Source of the DNA: a virus
IMG/VR virus record: IMGVR_UViG_3300042890_005556
Length of the DNA stretch: 64,000 nucleotides
Reading direction: 5' to 3' (one strand)
Shown: positions 20,054 through 30,020 of the stretch, in pieces
Position numbering within the stretch: the stretch's first letter is position 1
How the letters are laid out: the number at the start of each line of letters is the position of its first letter
The notes under the pieces: model-generated
Told to the model about the DNA's origin: nothing
Seen by the model: only the letters and a program-made list of their open reading frames with translations
The model's database searches: none
Made by a program: the position numbers and the translations under genes

Positions 20054-20577
20054 AGAATGAGAAAATGCTTGTTGAAGCTATCAACAGCATGTTTGATCTG
20101 GACGCGCAAGTAGGTCTCGCCTTCCATGACAAAAAAGATCTCGAACCGCATAATGAAGAACGCGGATACGAATACTTACACAACCAAATAGATGATATGT
20201 TCGCACTCAAAGCAGCAGAGCTCATCCATGCCGATAGCGTGAATCAGGCATTCCACAAAGTACACAGCTACAAATATCTAGATGACCCCACATTTCCAAC
20301 TGCAATGGAAAAAGAATTGGTTGCACAAGCCGTGCCAGCAGAAGAACGAGCCAAAGCAGTAGCCGCCATAACCAGCATCATCAAAGAGCTAAGGAAAGAA
20401 CAAAAAAACTGGGCTGAAAAAGACTACGGTTTCAACCCACACATGGACGAAATCGAAAAAGTATCAAAACCAGAACAACCACTAGATTTTAAAATCCATG
20501 ATAAAGATGGATATAACGAAGCCAACGTAGAATGGGACAAAGAAGACTTTAAACCAGGTCGAACCCCAGACGCATGA
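20017..20577 (+). CDS. Hypothetical protein
   Basis: 186 aa acidic ORF. Confidence 0.6.
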   Translation: MEGSMPMSSKLTKNEKMLVEAINSMFDLDAQVGLAFHDKKDLEPHNEERGYEYLHNQIDDMFALKAAELIHADSVNQAFHKVHSYKYLDDPTFPTAMEKELVAQAVPAEERAKAVAAITSIIKELRKEQKNWAEKDYGFNPHMDEIEKVSKPEQPLDFKIHDKDGYNEANVEWDKEDFKPGRTPDA

Positions 20578-20816
20578 AAATCAGGCAGATATACGAAAAC
20601 CTCCTGAACCAAAAATTGCGAGAACTATCGCAAGATACCGGCTTCTTCCAAAGACCAGCCGTTAACAGCATACCATTATACGATGCCGAACGTGGCTTTG
20701 ATTCCGACTCAAGAGCCACATCCAACACGACCGGCAAAAAAGGGATTCCCACATCTAAACGGCACAGAAAATTCTTCAATATAAGCATCGGGCCAGAAGA
20801 AATGTCTGTTCAGTAA
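20574..20816 (+). CDS. Hypothetical protein
   Basis: 80 aa ORF, ATGA overlap. Confidence 0.55.
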   Translation: MKIRQIYENLLNQKLRELSQDTGFFQRPAVNSIPLYDAERGFDSDSRATSNTTGKKGIPTSKRHRKFFNISIGPEEMSVQ

Positions 20817-21571
20817 ACAGAAATAATACCTGAACCCTGACACTTAGGACAAACAATATCCTGATTCATGTTCCTAATACTGCCAGCTTCATGGCAGAGA
20901 GGACATGATTTCATAGAATCCTTATAACCAGATTTAAAATCTGGACTCTTACCACTAATAGAATCCTCGGCCATACGTTTAAACCGATTCTGCAAATGCT
21001 GATCATTCTCACGCTTCGAAATCTTAATCCTTGTAGTGCCGGTGCCATCTACCCTTCTCTCCGGAATCGCAATCGGAACGCCCTCCCGCCCCTCCATCAT
21101 CGTGATTTTAGCCTGCCCCCTAAGTAGACTAGGGTCAAGCTTATCCTTAGAAGAGCTAGCCTGAAAGCTAGAAAAAGACTCAACCCCGCCACCACCAACA
21201 GACTGCATCATCTTATTATCAATAAAATCAGTCGTAACGATATCATCGCCTTCCATAGGCAAAAAAGCCTGATTCTGAGGAGCATTATATTGTGGTTGAG
21301 GCTGCTGAACCACCGGTGCTGCAGGAGCATGAACTACCGACAAATTATTACCAGGATTTACTGAAATGTTCAATCCCAACAACTTAGCTTGAGCCAAAAA
21401 CTCATCGATCTGCTTCTGTCGGTTAGTATATGCAATACGAGCACTCTTGATAGTCGCATCTTCCGCATGCTCATCACATATAACGACGGTTGTCCTCTCA
21501 CCACCATCTAATGTGATTTGAAGCGTAGTATTTAAATTTTCAGAAGCGCCACAGTAAACACAAGTGCTCAT
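20810..21571 (-). CDS. Zinc-finger-containing hypothetical protein
   Basis: N-terminal CxxC...CxxH, C-terminal CPLC...CPKCQGSG. Confidence 0.6.
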   Translation of the reverse strand: MSTCVYCGASENLNTTLQITLDGGERTTVVICDEHAEDATIKSARIAYTNRQKQIDEFLAQAKLLGLNISVNPGNNLSVVHAPAAPVVQQPQPQYNAPQNQAFLPMEGDDIVTTDFIDNKMMQSVGGGGVESFSSFQASSSKDKLDPSLLRGQAKITMMEGREGVPIAIPERRVDGTGTTRIKISKRENDQHLQNRFKRMAEDSISGKSPDFKSGYKDSMKSCPLCHEAGSIRNMNQDIVCPKCQGSGIISVY

Positions 21572-21585
21572 AGAAGATCCTCATC

Positions 21586-21987
21586 ATGAAAACGCGATTC
21601 ATCGTTATACCCGTCAACCTAGGCATCAATATTGATGATATTATAAGTACAGATCTAACTGATCTGACAACAGAATCGAGATCCGAATTAGATAAAGCAC
21701 TCAACATAGCAAAAGCAGTACAAAGCGTCAAAATAGAAAAAACAAAACAAAAAGAAGAGAAAACCACCAAACTACAACAAAACATAATAGCCCTATACGA
21801 AGCAATTAAAAACGCAAACACAACAGGCGTATCATCAAAAGACGTAAAAACATTACTAAACGACGAATCAGCCAACCTAAGCACACTGACACCAAAACTA
21901 CGAACATACCTGAAAGAACAAGACCCTGAATATGAATTAGAAAAAGTAACAAGAGCAGGAACAGTATACTATCGCTTCTCTAAATAG
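21586..21987 (+). CDS. Hypothetical protein (possible winged helix)
   Basis: 133 aa ORF. Confidence 0.55.
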   Translation: MKTRFIVIPVNLGINIDDIISTDLTDLTTESRSELDKALNIAKAVQSVKIEKTKQKEEKTTKLQQNIIALYEAIKNANTTGVSSKDVKTLLNDESANLSTLTPKLRTYLKEQDPEYELEKVTRAGTVYYRFSK

Positions 21988-22909
21988 GCTTTTTCTCGAC
22001 AAACCCCCGTTGAGCATACTTAATTAGCCTCAAAACGCAACTACTAACATCCATGCAGTGATCCCACTGGGCATAACTCCCAACGCAATGGATACCTAAT
22101 TTTTCGACGATATCGAGAACAGGCATTTCACCCAACACAAGATAATCCTTAATGCTCGTACCATCCAAGATGTCAAAATCCTTCAAAAAGGACATAAAAT
22201 ACTGACCTGGGTAAGGAATTTCCTCATTAAAATAAAACAAATACCTATTTTTCGCAATATTAGAAACCTTAAAAAATGAAAACATCTTATCGACCACCAT
22301 CACCTGATTACTGCCCTCAAAATCCAAGTGCTCAGTATAAACATGCATAAAATGAACAGGTTTAGCCTTAAGACCATGAGAAACACCACAAAGATCAAAA
22401 AGAACATTCAATGGAATAGTGCTAACAATGTTCTCATAGTCCACCCTTTTACCTCCCTCAAAAACTAAAGTCTTATCCTTAATAGCTGCTAGTCTCCCCA
22501 GCTCAGCGCCCTTTGAAATATCAGTGGTTTCCAGGTATTTTGAATACAGCTCATTTACTCTTAAATCGTAGACCTCTAGCTCCATGTTGTGTTTCATATA
22601 AGCACTAATATGAGAAGGCGTGTTTACTCCAAACAAATTACTAGCCCAATCCATGCAGATACCATTATCATGATTTTGATACAGTAATCCTCTGATGGAA
22701 TAAGCCCTGTTATATTGAAACTTCTGGACTTTACCGAATTTATCAGACACAAAGCAATCTACTTCTTTATTAGCCACCATGAAGTTGTCGTCGAGACTTG
22801 GGTTAAAGGAAAAAAACCTGCTCTTATAAAATGGAATTATTGTCCAATCTGGCCCTAAAATATCTCTTGCAAGCATCGCAACGACACCAGATCCTAATAT
22901 GTATTTCAT
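21980..22909 (-). CDS. FAD/NAD(P)-binding oxidoreductase-like protein
   Basis: N-terminal YILGSGVVA Rossmann-like motif, IVSTIPL, C-terminal CVGSYAQWDH. Confidence 0.6.
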   Translation of the reverse strand: MKYILGSGVVAMLARDILGPDWTIIPFYKSRFFSFNPSLDDNFMVANKEVDCFVSDKFGKVQKFQYNRAYSIRGLLYQNHDNGICMDWASNLFGVNTPSHISAYMKHNMELEVYDLRVNELYSKYLETTDISKGAELGRLAAIKDKTLVFEGGKRVDYENIVSTIPLNVLFDLCGVSHGLKAKPVHFMHVYTEHLDFEGSNQVMVVDKMFSFFKVSNIAKNRYLFYFNEEIPYPGQYFMSFLKDFDILDGTSIKDYLVLGEMPVLDIVEKLGIHCVGSYAQWDHCMDVSSCVLRLIKYAQRGFVEKKPI

Positions 22910-23358
22910 TCTTCCACCAAATCCTCATCAAAATTGATACCAAGGTCACTCTTCGGAAGCTTCTTACCAGAACCATAATCTATGAAGTCACCGCCAAACA
23001 CAGCCTTCCTCTTATCAACATCAACCGGCTTATTGAAGCCAACCAAAGGATTAAAAGCATGATCTATAAGATCAGACAAGCTCATAATATTGGCTCTAAT
23101 AGGATCTATAAAAGGAAAAACTGGTTTCGGTCTTAGACTCTCACACTGCTCACAGACACATTCACCAGACATTCTATACTCAATACCAGCACCGCACGCA
23201 GGACAAGTCAAGAGTACTTTAGTCGGTCTTACAAGATCACCAAACGCATCCAAAGACTTTCGGTGATCCACTATATTACCACTAAACTCAAAAGGTCTAG
23301 CATAGACCTTCACTCCATAGATATCGACTTCGACTAAATCGTACGGATTATAACTCAC
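22906..23358 (-). CDS. Zinc-ribbon hypothetical protein
   Basis: CPAC...CEQC. Confidence 0.55.
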   Translation of the reverse strand: MSYNPYDLVEVDIYGVKVYARPFEFSGNIVDHRKSLDAFGDLVRPTKVLLTCPACGAGIEYRMSGECVCEQCESLRPKPVFPFIDPIRANIMSLSDLIDHAFNPLVGFNKPVDVDKRKAVFGGDFIDYGSGKKLPKSDLGINFDEDLVEE

Positions 23359-23897
23359 GATGAACTAGACCAGGATGATTCAACAGGTACGTTTTGCTTA
23401 GAAACCCAGTAATGATATCTATCTTGACAAATACTTATTTCAAGGTCTCTAGAAGATGCTTCGACTGAAGCATTCTTCCTAAAATCGACTCCACCACAAA
23501 CGCACACATTCTTAGAAATGCTATTTTTCCCACATTTTAAGCACACATATGGCTGTTTAGACATATTGACAGAAACTTTTCCGAAGACAGCATAATAATA
23601 AGCATCTGACAACACAAGATCTACACCTGTTAAACCACAAAAATGCTTCACAATGCCAGTCCTATTGTTCATACTAGAAGTATAAACATTAACGACTTCA
23701 TCAGAAACACTTTCATAACATGCAGCACAAAAATCAAATGACTTCTCCGGTTTTTGCTGCAGTATATCTGTTATAGGCGGTCTTCTACCGCCATATTGCT
23801 TTACCTTCATCACATTAACACTATAATAATCAAAGTCTTCCTTATTTGTCGCTTTGCATATATCACATATTATTCCGGTTTGATCTTGTGTTTGCAT
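23355..23897 (-). CDS. Cys-rich hypothetical protein
   Basis: Multiple CxxC pairs. Confidence 0.55.
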   Translation of the reverse strand: MQTQDQTGIICDICKATNKEDFDYYSVNVMKVKQYGGRRPPITDILQQKPEKSFDFCAACYESVSDEVVNVYTSSMNNRTGIVKHFCGLTGVDLVLSDAYYYAVFGKVSVNMSKQPYVCLKCGKNSISKNVCVCGGVDFRKNASVEASSRDLEISICQDRYHYWVSKQNVPVESSWSSSS

Positions 23898-25110
23898 CGG
23901 ACTTTCTCTTAAGTTTCGATATCTTCTGACGTCTACTTACACAAAACATACCCCTAGCATCGAAATCAACAGGTATATGAATTCCAATACCTGGCTCAAA
24001 ACACGCTTCATCCTGCATCATTAATTCCTTCTCCCATACAAACACCATACAATCAGCAATCCCATCAGTACCAAAAATCTTGCCATAAGGTTTACCTGTC
24101 TTAGTCATATCCCTAACGAATTTGCTAGTGTATAAGTGTAGAAAATTGTTTCCCTCCTCCTTAGAAGCGCGATCCTTAGAAGCAGCTATGGTTCCATCAC
24201 CGGTTATCTTATAAGAACCAAGCGGAGAATCAAGGTAATACCCAATATACTCTTGCTGGAAAGCCAATCTTTCTTCTAAAGTAAAATCGTCTAAAGTCAC
24301 TTTATTAATATTTTCTAAAGTGACTTCGATTTTCGGCATCCATTTCGTTATCGCTGGAGGGATTTTATTACGTTTAGGATAGGCGCGGCGATACTCTTGT
24401 TCTTGGCGATCACGCTCCTTGGCAATCGTCTTCTCATCCCATCCTTCTAGAGCCATAAGGTCATTGTGAAGTTGCACTTTCATCTCTCTAATGTCTTTAT
24501 TCACAGAACAGTAAAAATACTGATAATACTTCCACAAAGCACGGCTGTTCTGATGTCCAGGCAATTGCTGGAAAGCATTTAACTTGATAAATCTTTCCAA
24601 AACAGGCTTACTTCTCCGGCCAGAATCTTCACCACCGACAAATTCATCAAGCGATTTATAATCACCCTTTCCAGTAAAAACCAAAGCGGCTGAATCACCA
24701 ATGCCTTTAATACCAATCATGCCCTGATTAATACTGTCGCCAGATACCTTAAATCCACGCTGAAGATTATTTATATCAATAGTACCGAAGTGAACACCCT
24801 CGGCTGGAATGGCTGGTTTATGGCTCCCACTGTATGTGATTACCGACGGCTTCCATTCTTCAGACCTAGCCATGCCCATATATCTAGGCAACTTCTTGGC
24901 ATGGCAGTCACTCATAATAGCAGCCCAAAACTCAGGTGCAAAATGCGCCTTTAACCACAAGCACCTCATAGTCAGCAGGCAATAACTCACACTATGTGAA
25001 TTTTGATGGATCGTCGGGCTATGATCAGTCTGGTAATTGTGATCATCAGATTCCATCTCAGGTGAAAACGTCTGGGAAAAACCGAGAGATCTTATATTGG
25101 TGATTTTCAT
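23863..25110 (-). CDS. dnaE: DNA polymerase III alpha, C-terminal part, preceded by C-intein
   Basis: 37-aa IntC then SHSVSY..WLKAHFAPEFWAA, GMIGIKGIG (HhH), C-terminal OB-like region. Confidence 0.9.
   Translation of the reverse strand: MKITNIRSLGFSQTFSPEMESDDHNYQTDHSPTIHQNSHSVSYCLLTMRCLWLKAHFAPEFWAAIMSDCHAKKLPRYMGMARSEEWKPSVITYSGSHKPAIPAEGVHFGTIDINNLQRGFKVSGDSINQGMIGIKGIGDSAALVFTGKGDYKSLDEFVGGEDSGRRSKPVLERFIKLNAFQQLPGHQNSRALWKYYQYFYCSVNKDIREMKVQLHNDLMALEGWDEKTIAKERDRQEQEYRRAYPKRNKIPPAITKWMPKIEVTLENINKVTLDDFTLEERLAFQQEYIGYYLDSPLGSYKITGDGTIAASKDRASKEEGNNFLHLYTSKFVRDMTKTGKPYGKIFGTDGIADCMVFVWEKELMMQDEACFEPGIGIHIPVDFDARGMFCVSRRQKISKLKRKSDANTRSNRNNM
25000..25110 (-). mobile_element. Split intein, C-terminal half (IntC, 37 aa)
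   Basis: MKITNIRSLG...DHNY...IHQN followed by Ser+1. Confidence 0.85.
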
Positions 25111-25113
25111 GAT

Positions 25114-26622
25114 TTATTTAATACATTTAGACCATTCTAATTTAAAATGTCCAGCATCCCAATATCTGCGATATCCGTTATTAAACATGTTTTGAGCTTC
25201 AGTCAAATCTGAATCAAAGTTTTCTAATAGCTTTTTAAGCTTGTGCTTCTGGAAACTCTGCCTATTAAAATTTCTATTTCCTCTCATGTATCTATAATTC
25301 GGTTTCGTTTTTGATACAAGCATAAAACCGGCAGCTTGATATGAACCGGCATTGGCACTAAATCGGCGATCAGTATATGTAAAGATGTACTTTGGATCTT
25401 GACGTTTTACGAAATATTGTAACAACCGACTTAGTCCTCCGACAACGACATGATTTAATAAAGTGGCAAACCTCGAGATTTCCCATCCTTTATCAAGACT
25501 GATACATGACATCAGCCTATTATTAAGGAATAAACCATAATATACATCGGCTGGCTTTTTACCTTGTATGTGGTTATTTTTAAAAAATTCTGAAGCTGTC
25601 TCATCGTCTACCTCTGATATAGAACAATTCCTCGCATATATCTTCCGACTTTTACCGAGCCTATGCAATATCATTGATTCGATTATTGATCTCTTATTAC
25701 ACCATTCATAGTCGTATACCTGTATCAGATTTAGCCCCTGTGTATTAGCAAAATCGGCTTTTCTCTGATTTTTATATTTTTCAGAAGTAGACTCCGTTCT
25801 GCCATATGAATGCCAGTATAAACCATGATATTCAACAGCAAATTTCGCATCTGGGACATAGATATCTAATTCATAATTAAACGGCAAAACATCTCTTACA
25901 TTTACATCAACGGCGCCTTCATAGTTATCACTAATGAACTTTGCTATCTCAGATTCAGCATTAGATGAAGAAGCCTCAAAGGCACATTTTGGACATCCAT
26001 TTTTGTAGTGTACATGATGTGAAGGGCGTTGCAGAAAAGATCCATGGCTGGTGCATACTATTTCTACTTTAGACCTCATGTCAATTATTTCTACTTTGGA
26101 ATAATCATAAGTGCCGTCATGGATCATATTAGCATTTTCTAAAAATTCTTCTGTCGAAATATGTCTGTCTTCACGGTATGATCTTTTATTCCAATATTCC
26201 TTTCTTGCTTCCCGGATTTTTGATTTATAGTCTTCATCAGTCTTAAACTTATTCTTTAAAGTCTCAGATATCTTGGATTTAAACGCTTGGTCATTTTTCA
26301 ATAGCGATCCCCTCTCTACGGCCTGAAGACGATATTCTTCACGTTCCCAATTCTTCTTACTATTCTCAGAACGATTTTCAAACGAATATTTTTTGGCACC
26401 AACAAGCGAACTTGACCTCATACTTTCAATATAACTTGGCACCTGTCTTAGACAAGAATTACACAATAGTTTGTCAGTATATCTAGCTTGCCTATTGAAT
26501 GTTCTTATAATCTCAATATACTGGCGTTGGCAAACACATTGACATTCTGAACATCTAAAATCCACCTTTTCTTTACTATTTGGCCTTGCACTAACACCTT
26601 GCAGATTTAGTGCTGGTGACAT
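25114..26622 (-). CDS. Free-standing homing-endonuclease-like protein (Zn fingers + Vsr/PD-(D/E)XK-like nuclease + Hef-type C-terminal domain)
   Basis: YDYSKV..C..HG.F...H...GCPKC; ELDIYVP..AVEYHGLYWH; RKIYARNC..NHIQG..EISRF..YTDRRFS..WDAG; start set at MSPAL (AAAGGA RBS). Confidence 0.8.
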   Translation of the reverse strand: MSPALNLQGVSARPNSKEKVDFRCSECQCVCQRQYIEIIRTFNRQARYTDKLLCNSCLRQVPSYIESMRSSSLVGAKKYSFENRSENSKKNWEREEYRLQAVERGSLLKNDQAFKSKISETLKNKFKTDEDYKSKIREARKEYWNKRSYREDRHISTEEFLENANMIHDGTYDYSKVEIIDMRSKVEIVCTSHGSFLQRPSHHVHYKNGCPKCAFEASSSNAESEIAKFISDNYEGAVDVNVRDVLPFNYELDIYVPDAKFAVEYHGLYWHSYGRTESTSEKYKNQRKADFANTQGLNLIQVYDYEWCNKRSIIESMILHRLGKSRKIYARNCSISEVDDETASEFFKNNHIQGKKPADVYYGLFLNNRLMSCISLDKGWEISRFATLLNHVVVGGLSRLLQYFVKRQDPKYIFTYTDRRFSANAGSYQAAGFMLVSKTKPNYRYMRGNRNFNRQSFQKHKLKKLLENFDSDLTEAQNMFNNGYRRYWDAGHFKLEWSKCIK

Positions 26623-28489
26623 CCAATCCTTTGTCGACAATTTCAATGACTGTATGATATTGTCCGTCTGCACATAGGAATTTATGTCTAGCGGTGACTC
26701 GTTCTGTGGTTCCATCTTCGAATGTGACCTCAAATACTTCTTGTATACCGGTGTCGTGAATATCAACGCATTTATCATTAACCATCAGACCATCATGCAA
26801 CGACTTTAACACTGGCTTCTGACTCGATCTATACCAATCCTCAATAGTCTTGGTTATTTCAGTGGACTGACAAGTTAACATTGTATCTTTGTGAAGACAT
26901 TTGTTAAATGCATACCTGCCGAATGTTTCCATCTTCTCCCACCAGTACGCAGCAGCTTCCTCACCAATAGACTTACCAGCACCCTCAAGCCATTTGGTCT
27001 TAATCGGCTTCAATTTGTGTGTCCACTTCTTAGCCACGGCCTTCCGAGCATCCTGTGATTCAGGACTAGTGAAAGCAGCAAGCCTCTGCCATAGTGCCTG
27101 TAACTGCTCTTGGTAAACAATAACTCCATAGGTGGACTCAAGAACAGATAAAAACTCTGGGTGCAACTTCTCTTTCCATTTATTCAGACTATCATCGCGG
27201 TTAGCCATAGCCTCAGGAATAGATTGCATAGGACCTGGGTGGCCCATAGCATTTAAAAGCATTAAGTCTTCGAAAGACTTCACACCATGTTCTAAGATCC
27301 CTTTGCCATTATCTGTATCAAATTGAAATATGCCATCAGTCTTCTTATCGTTCGCAAGCTTCAAAGCTGCTGGATCATCCATATTTATAAAATGTTTCTC
27401 CCCGCTCTGATCGAAATAAAAGCCGATTATCCTTTGCTCTGGGTCATTATAATCCATGCCCTCAAGATTATCACCAAACGAAATCCCGCGATTTTCTTCG
27501 ATAAACTTGCATGCCTCGAATAGGTACTTCACAGTCTTTAAACCGAGTAGATCCCATTTAACATAACCGAATTTGCTCAACTGAGTGGTTCTGCCCTCGG
27601 TCCACATGCTTACCCAAAAACCCTTTTTACCACTTTTCGCCATTGGAACGTTCCCAAACAATGGCCTGTCAGTAATAATCAGAGCTCCTGCATGCATCCC
27701 CTGATTCCTAATCCGGCCAACTAGCTGCTTGGCGTAGTCAACAACATTCGGGTGTATACGATATAATTCAGCAAGCTCTTTTACTTCTGCTAGAAGCTTA
27801 CCAATGGTCGGGGCCTCGGTATCTGTCTGATTACAAAAAGGGCATATTTTCGCATCATGCACCTTACCGCAATCTTGTTCGGCCCCTTCGATGATGATTC
27901 TACTTTTGCAAACGGAAAACCCGCCTTCTCTCAGATCATCGACTTCATCTGGCATCTCAGTGGTGAAACGCTCTGCCTCGTATCGTGTCATAACACCAAG
28001 TGCCGTAGACACGTCTAAAATCGCACTTCTTAACTTGTAGGTCTGCCAGGTCCCAACAGAGCAAACACTGCCATAAACATCATCAACGTTACTGCCATAA
28101 CGCTGAATCGCATATTCCTTCAAAGGATCTCTAGATTCTGGGATACAATCGATATCGATATCTGGCATGTCAGTATCTTTAGTGATATCTTCAGGATAAT
28201 ACCCATACTTGTTCTTATAACTCATAACACTAGAAGCCGCAATTGAATTAAGCATCGGCGTGGTCCGCTCATAGAACGGATCATCATCAGAAACACCCAA
28301 CAGATACGCTATGAGAAGCCTATTTGGGTTTTTAAGCCCCTTTTGATCAGATTCAGCAACACGTATCCAGTATGCTTCTGTACCCTGTTTTTCAATCTCT
28401 GATATTTCAAACATCAATCTATCAACATACGTGCTGCCTAACGCTTCACCTTTTGGTATCAACGTTTCTTTCATATCATTCCAGGTCAT
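26591..28489 (-). CDS. dnaE: DNA polymerase III alpha, catalytic middle part, followed by N-intein
   Basis: MPDIDID, GMHAGAL, VKWDLLGL, GIFQF, YGVIVYQEQ, YAFNK then intein. Confidence 0.92.
   Translation of the reverse strand: MTWNDMKETLIPKGEALGSTYVDRLMFEISEIEKQGTEAYWIRVAESDQKGLKNPNRLLIAYLLGVSDDDPFYERTTPMLNSIAASSVMSYKNKYGYYPEDITKDTDMPDIDIDCIPESRDPLKEYAIQRYGSNVDDVYGSVCSVGTWQTYKLRSAILDVSTALGVMTRYEAERFTTEMPDEVDDLREGGFSVCKSRIIIEGAEQDCGKVHDAKICPFCNQTDTEAPTIGKLLAEVKELAELYRIHPNVVDYAKQLVGRIRNQGMHAGALIITDRPLFGNVPMAKSGKKGFWVSMWTEGRTTQLSKFGYVKWDLLGLKTVKYLFEACKFIEENRGISFGDNLEGMDYNDPEQRIIGFYFDQSGEKHFINMDDPAALKLANDKKTDGIFQFDTDNGKGILEHGVKSFEDLMLLNAMGHPGPMQSIPEAMANRDDSLNKWKEKLHPEFLSVLESTYGVIVYQEQLQALWQRLAAFTSPESQDARKAVAKKWTHKLKPIKTKWLEGAGKSIGEEAAAYWWEKMETFGRYAFNKCLHKDTMLTCQSTEITKTIEDWYRSSQKPVLKSLHDGLMVNDKCVDIHDTGIQEVFEVTFEDGTTERVTARHKFLCADGQYHTVIEIVDKGLDVTSTKSARC
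26594..26899 (-). mobile_element. Split intein, N-terminal half (IntN, 102 aa)
   Basis: Begins CLHKDT (block A) directly after YAFNK; block B VTARHKFL. Confidence 0.88.
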
Positions 28490-29145
28490 ACATCTTCCTT
28501 TATCTGGATCTGATGGGCTGATTTGATGTGGTTTGTTAAACCAAAGCTGCTAATTGTCTTCTTACCACAGATGTGGCAAGCATATACAGTACCGTCAGTA
28601 GAAATTGGCTTAGCTTTGCAAGTCTTAGCATGCAAAGTATAACCAGACATGGAAGACATGATTTTTCCACAATTAGCACATTTCATGCCATCATTGCCTA
28701 TAGCACACCCTATCATTTTCGATAATGGCTTTTCTCTATCCATCTCATAACAAAGATCTGGTGGTCGCCATTCTTTATTCGATGGCCTGCCTGTAACCCA
28801 GCTCTCATGAATAGGAAGGCTCATTGAGTCTAAGTTAGCATCACTATCAGCGTAAAGTACACCATCAACTGCCCTTATTTTAACGTAGTATAATGGCCTT
28901 CCGTCTTTCACACAAGCTTTTAAGACGTCTTTATACGCTTTATCATCTAACTCTATAATTTTCGAAATCGTGGTTTTGTGAAGTACCAAGCCTCTATATT
29001 CTTCATATTTAAAATCGCTTTTTGCCCAGTATGGCCTTAATGATAGTAAAATGAGTATCTCTTTTAGACTCTTTTCTTCTCCATTAACATAGGTCTTATT
29101 GTTTTCTTCAGTGATTTTATAACCTTTGGGGTTCAAGTCTCGCAT
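28486..29145 (-). CDS. Protein with two C-terminal C2H2/C2HC zinc fingers
   Basis: CANCGK......LHAKTC and YACHICGKKTISSFGLTNHIKSAH. Confidence 0.7.
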   Translation of the reverse strand: MRDLNPKGYKITEENNKTYVNGEEKSLKEILILLSLRPYWAKSDFKYEEYRGLVLHKTTISKIIELDDKAYKDVLKACVKDGRPLYYVKIRAVDGVLYADSDANLDSMSLPIHESWVTGRPSNKEWRPPDLCYEMDREKPLSKMIGCAIGNDGMKCANCGKIMSSMSGYTLHAKTCKAKPISTDGTVYACHICGKKTISSFGLTNHIKSAHQIQIKEDV

Positions 29146-29473
29146 TGTATTTGTATTCTTGGTTTAGAGCAGCAGTTTTTGCCATATCTAACATTGAAAT
29201 ACAATCAGCACCCCACGTTATATCTGTTAAATCGATTCTTAAGTCGTTAGGATTATCAACGTTATATCTAATAGTGATATATGCATCTTTGTGCTTTAAA
29301 GCAGATTTAGCTAATTTAAAGCTCTTAAAAATGTAATCTCCAGAGCCTAAACCTGATGTTATTATGCATTCATTCTGGCTCTGGAGATGTTTCATTCTGA
29401 TAGCACAGCCATAAGAAGGTATCTTATCTTCGATGCATGCTATGCAGATCTCGATATCATATAAATGAGCCAT
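29117..29473 (-). CDS. Hypothetical protein
   Basis: 118 aa ORF in coupled run. Confidence 0.5.
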   Translation of the reverse strand: MAHLYDIEICIACIEDKIPSYGCAIRMKHLQSQNECIITSGLGSGDYIFKSFKLAKSALKHKDAYITIRYNVDNPNDLRIDLTDITWGADCISMLDMAKTAALNQEYKYNARLEPQRL

Positions 29474-29981
29474 CGACAGCCACTAGCTTAGGATATTGGG
29501 AGCCTGTTTCAGCCGCGAATGCATCGAGAGTACGAGCCACAGCATGTAAAACATGATTTTTTGCAGCTATCTTATCGCTAGAACTACGCCATTTACCTAT
29601 TTCGACAAGAACATTATCAGCTAGTTGCTTAACATTCGAAGGAAATTCTTTCCCTTCTGATTGATAATTGCTGACATAGCTATCGATGATTCCGGTCACG
29701 TATAATGCAGCTGATTCTGTGATATTGTAAGACAAGTGGCTTATTTCTCTGTCTTTACGCTCTTGATTTGTATCTGTGATAAAGTCAATTAGCTTGAGCA
29801 AATAAGCGCAAAGCTGATCACTGACGCCATTCATTATCACTATGTGCGTTCTGACAGCGTGCTTAAGCTCTTCGACCTGAGCATTGCGCCTGTCGCTATA
29901 ATCTTCTTCAATACCAGTTCTTATATCCGCTGGTGCCAAAGCCGTTGGCATGCTAACAGACTGCATTCTTGGATCGTTCAT
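29457..29981 (-). CDS. Hypothetical protein
   Basis: 174 aa ORF, GGAGG RBS. Confidence 0.6.
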   Translation of the reverse strand: MNDPRMQSVSMPTALAPADIRTGIEEDYSDRRNAQVEELKHAVRTHIVIMNGVSDQLCAYLLKLIDFITDTNQERKDREISHLSYNITESAALYVTGIIDSYVSNYQSEGKEFPSNVKQLADNVLVEIGKWRSSSDKIAAKNHVLHAVARTLDAFAAETGSQYPKLVAVDGSFI

Positions 29982-30020
29982 AGGTACCTCCTGCCATATT
30001 TACTTGCTACCTGCAAAAAA

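Noticed and set aside
25111-25116. Stop-codon reassignment or readthrough as a genome-wide feature
   Set aside because: TAA, TAG and TGA all end genes normally and long genes are intact in the standard code
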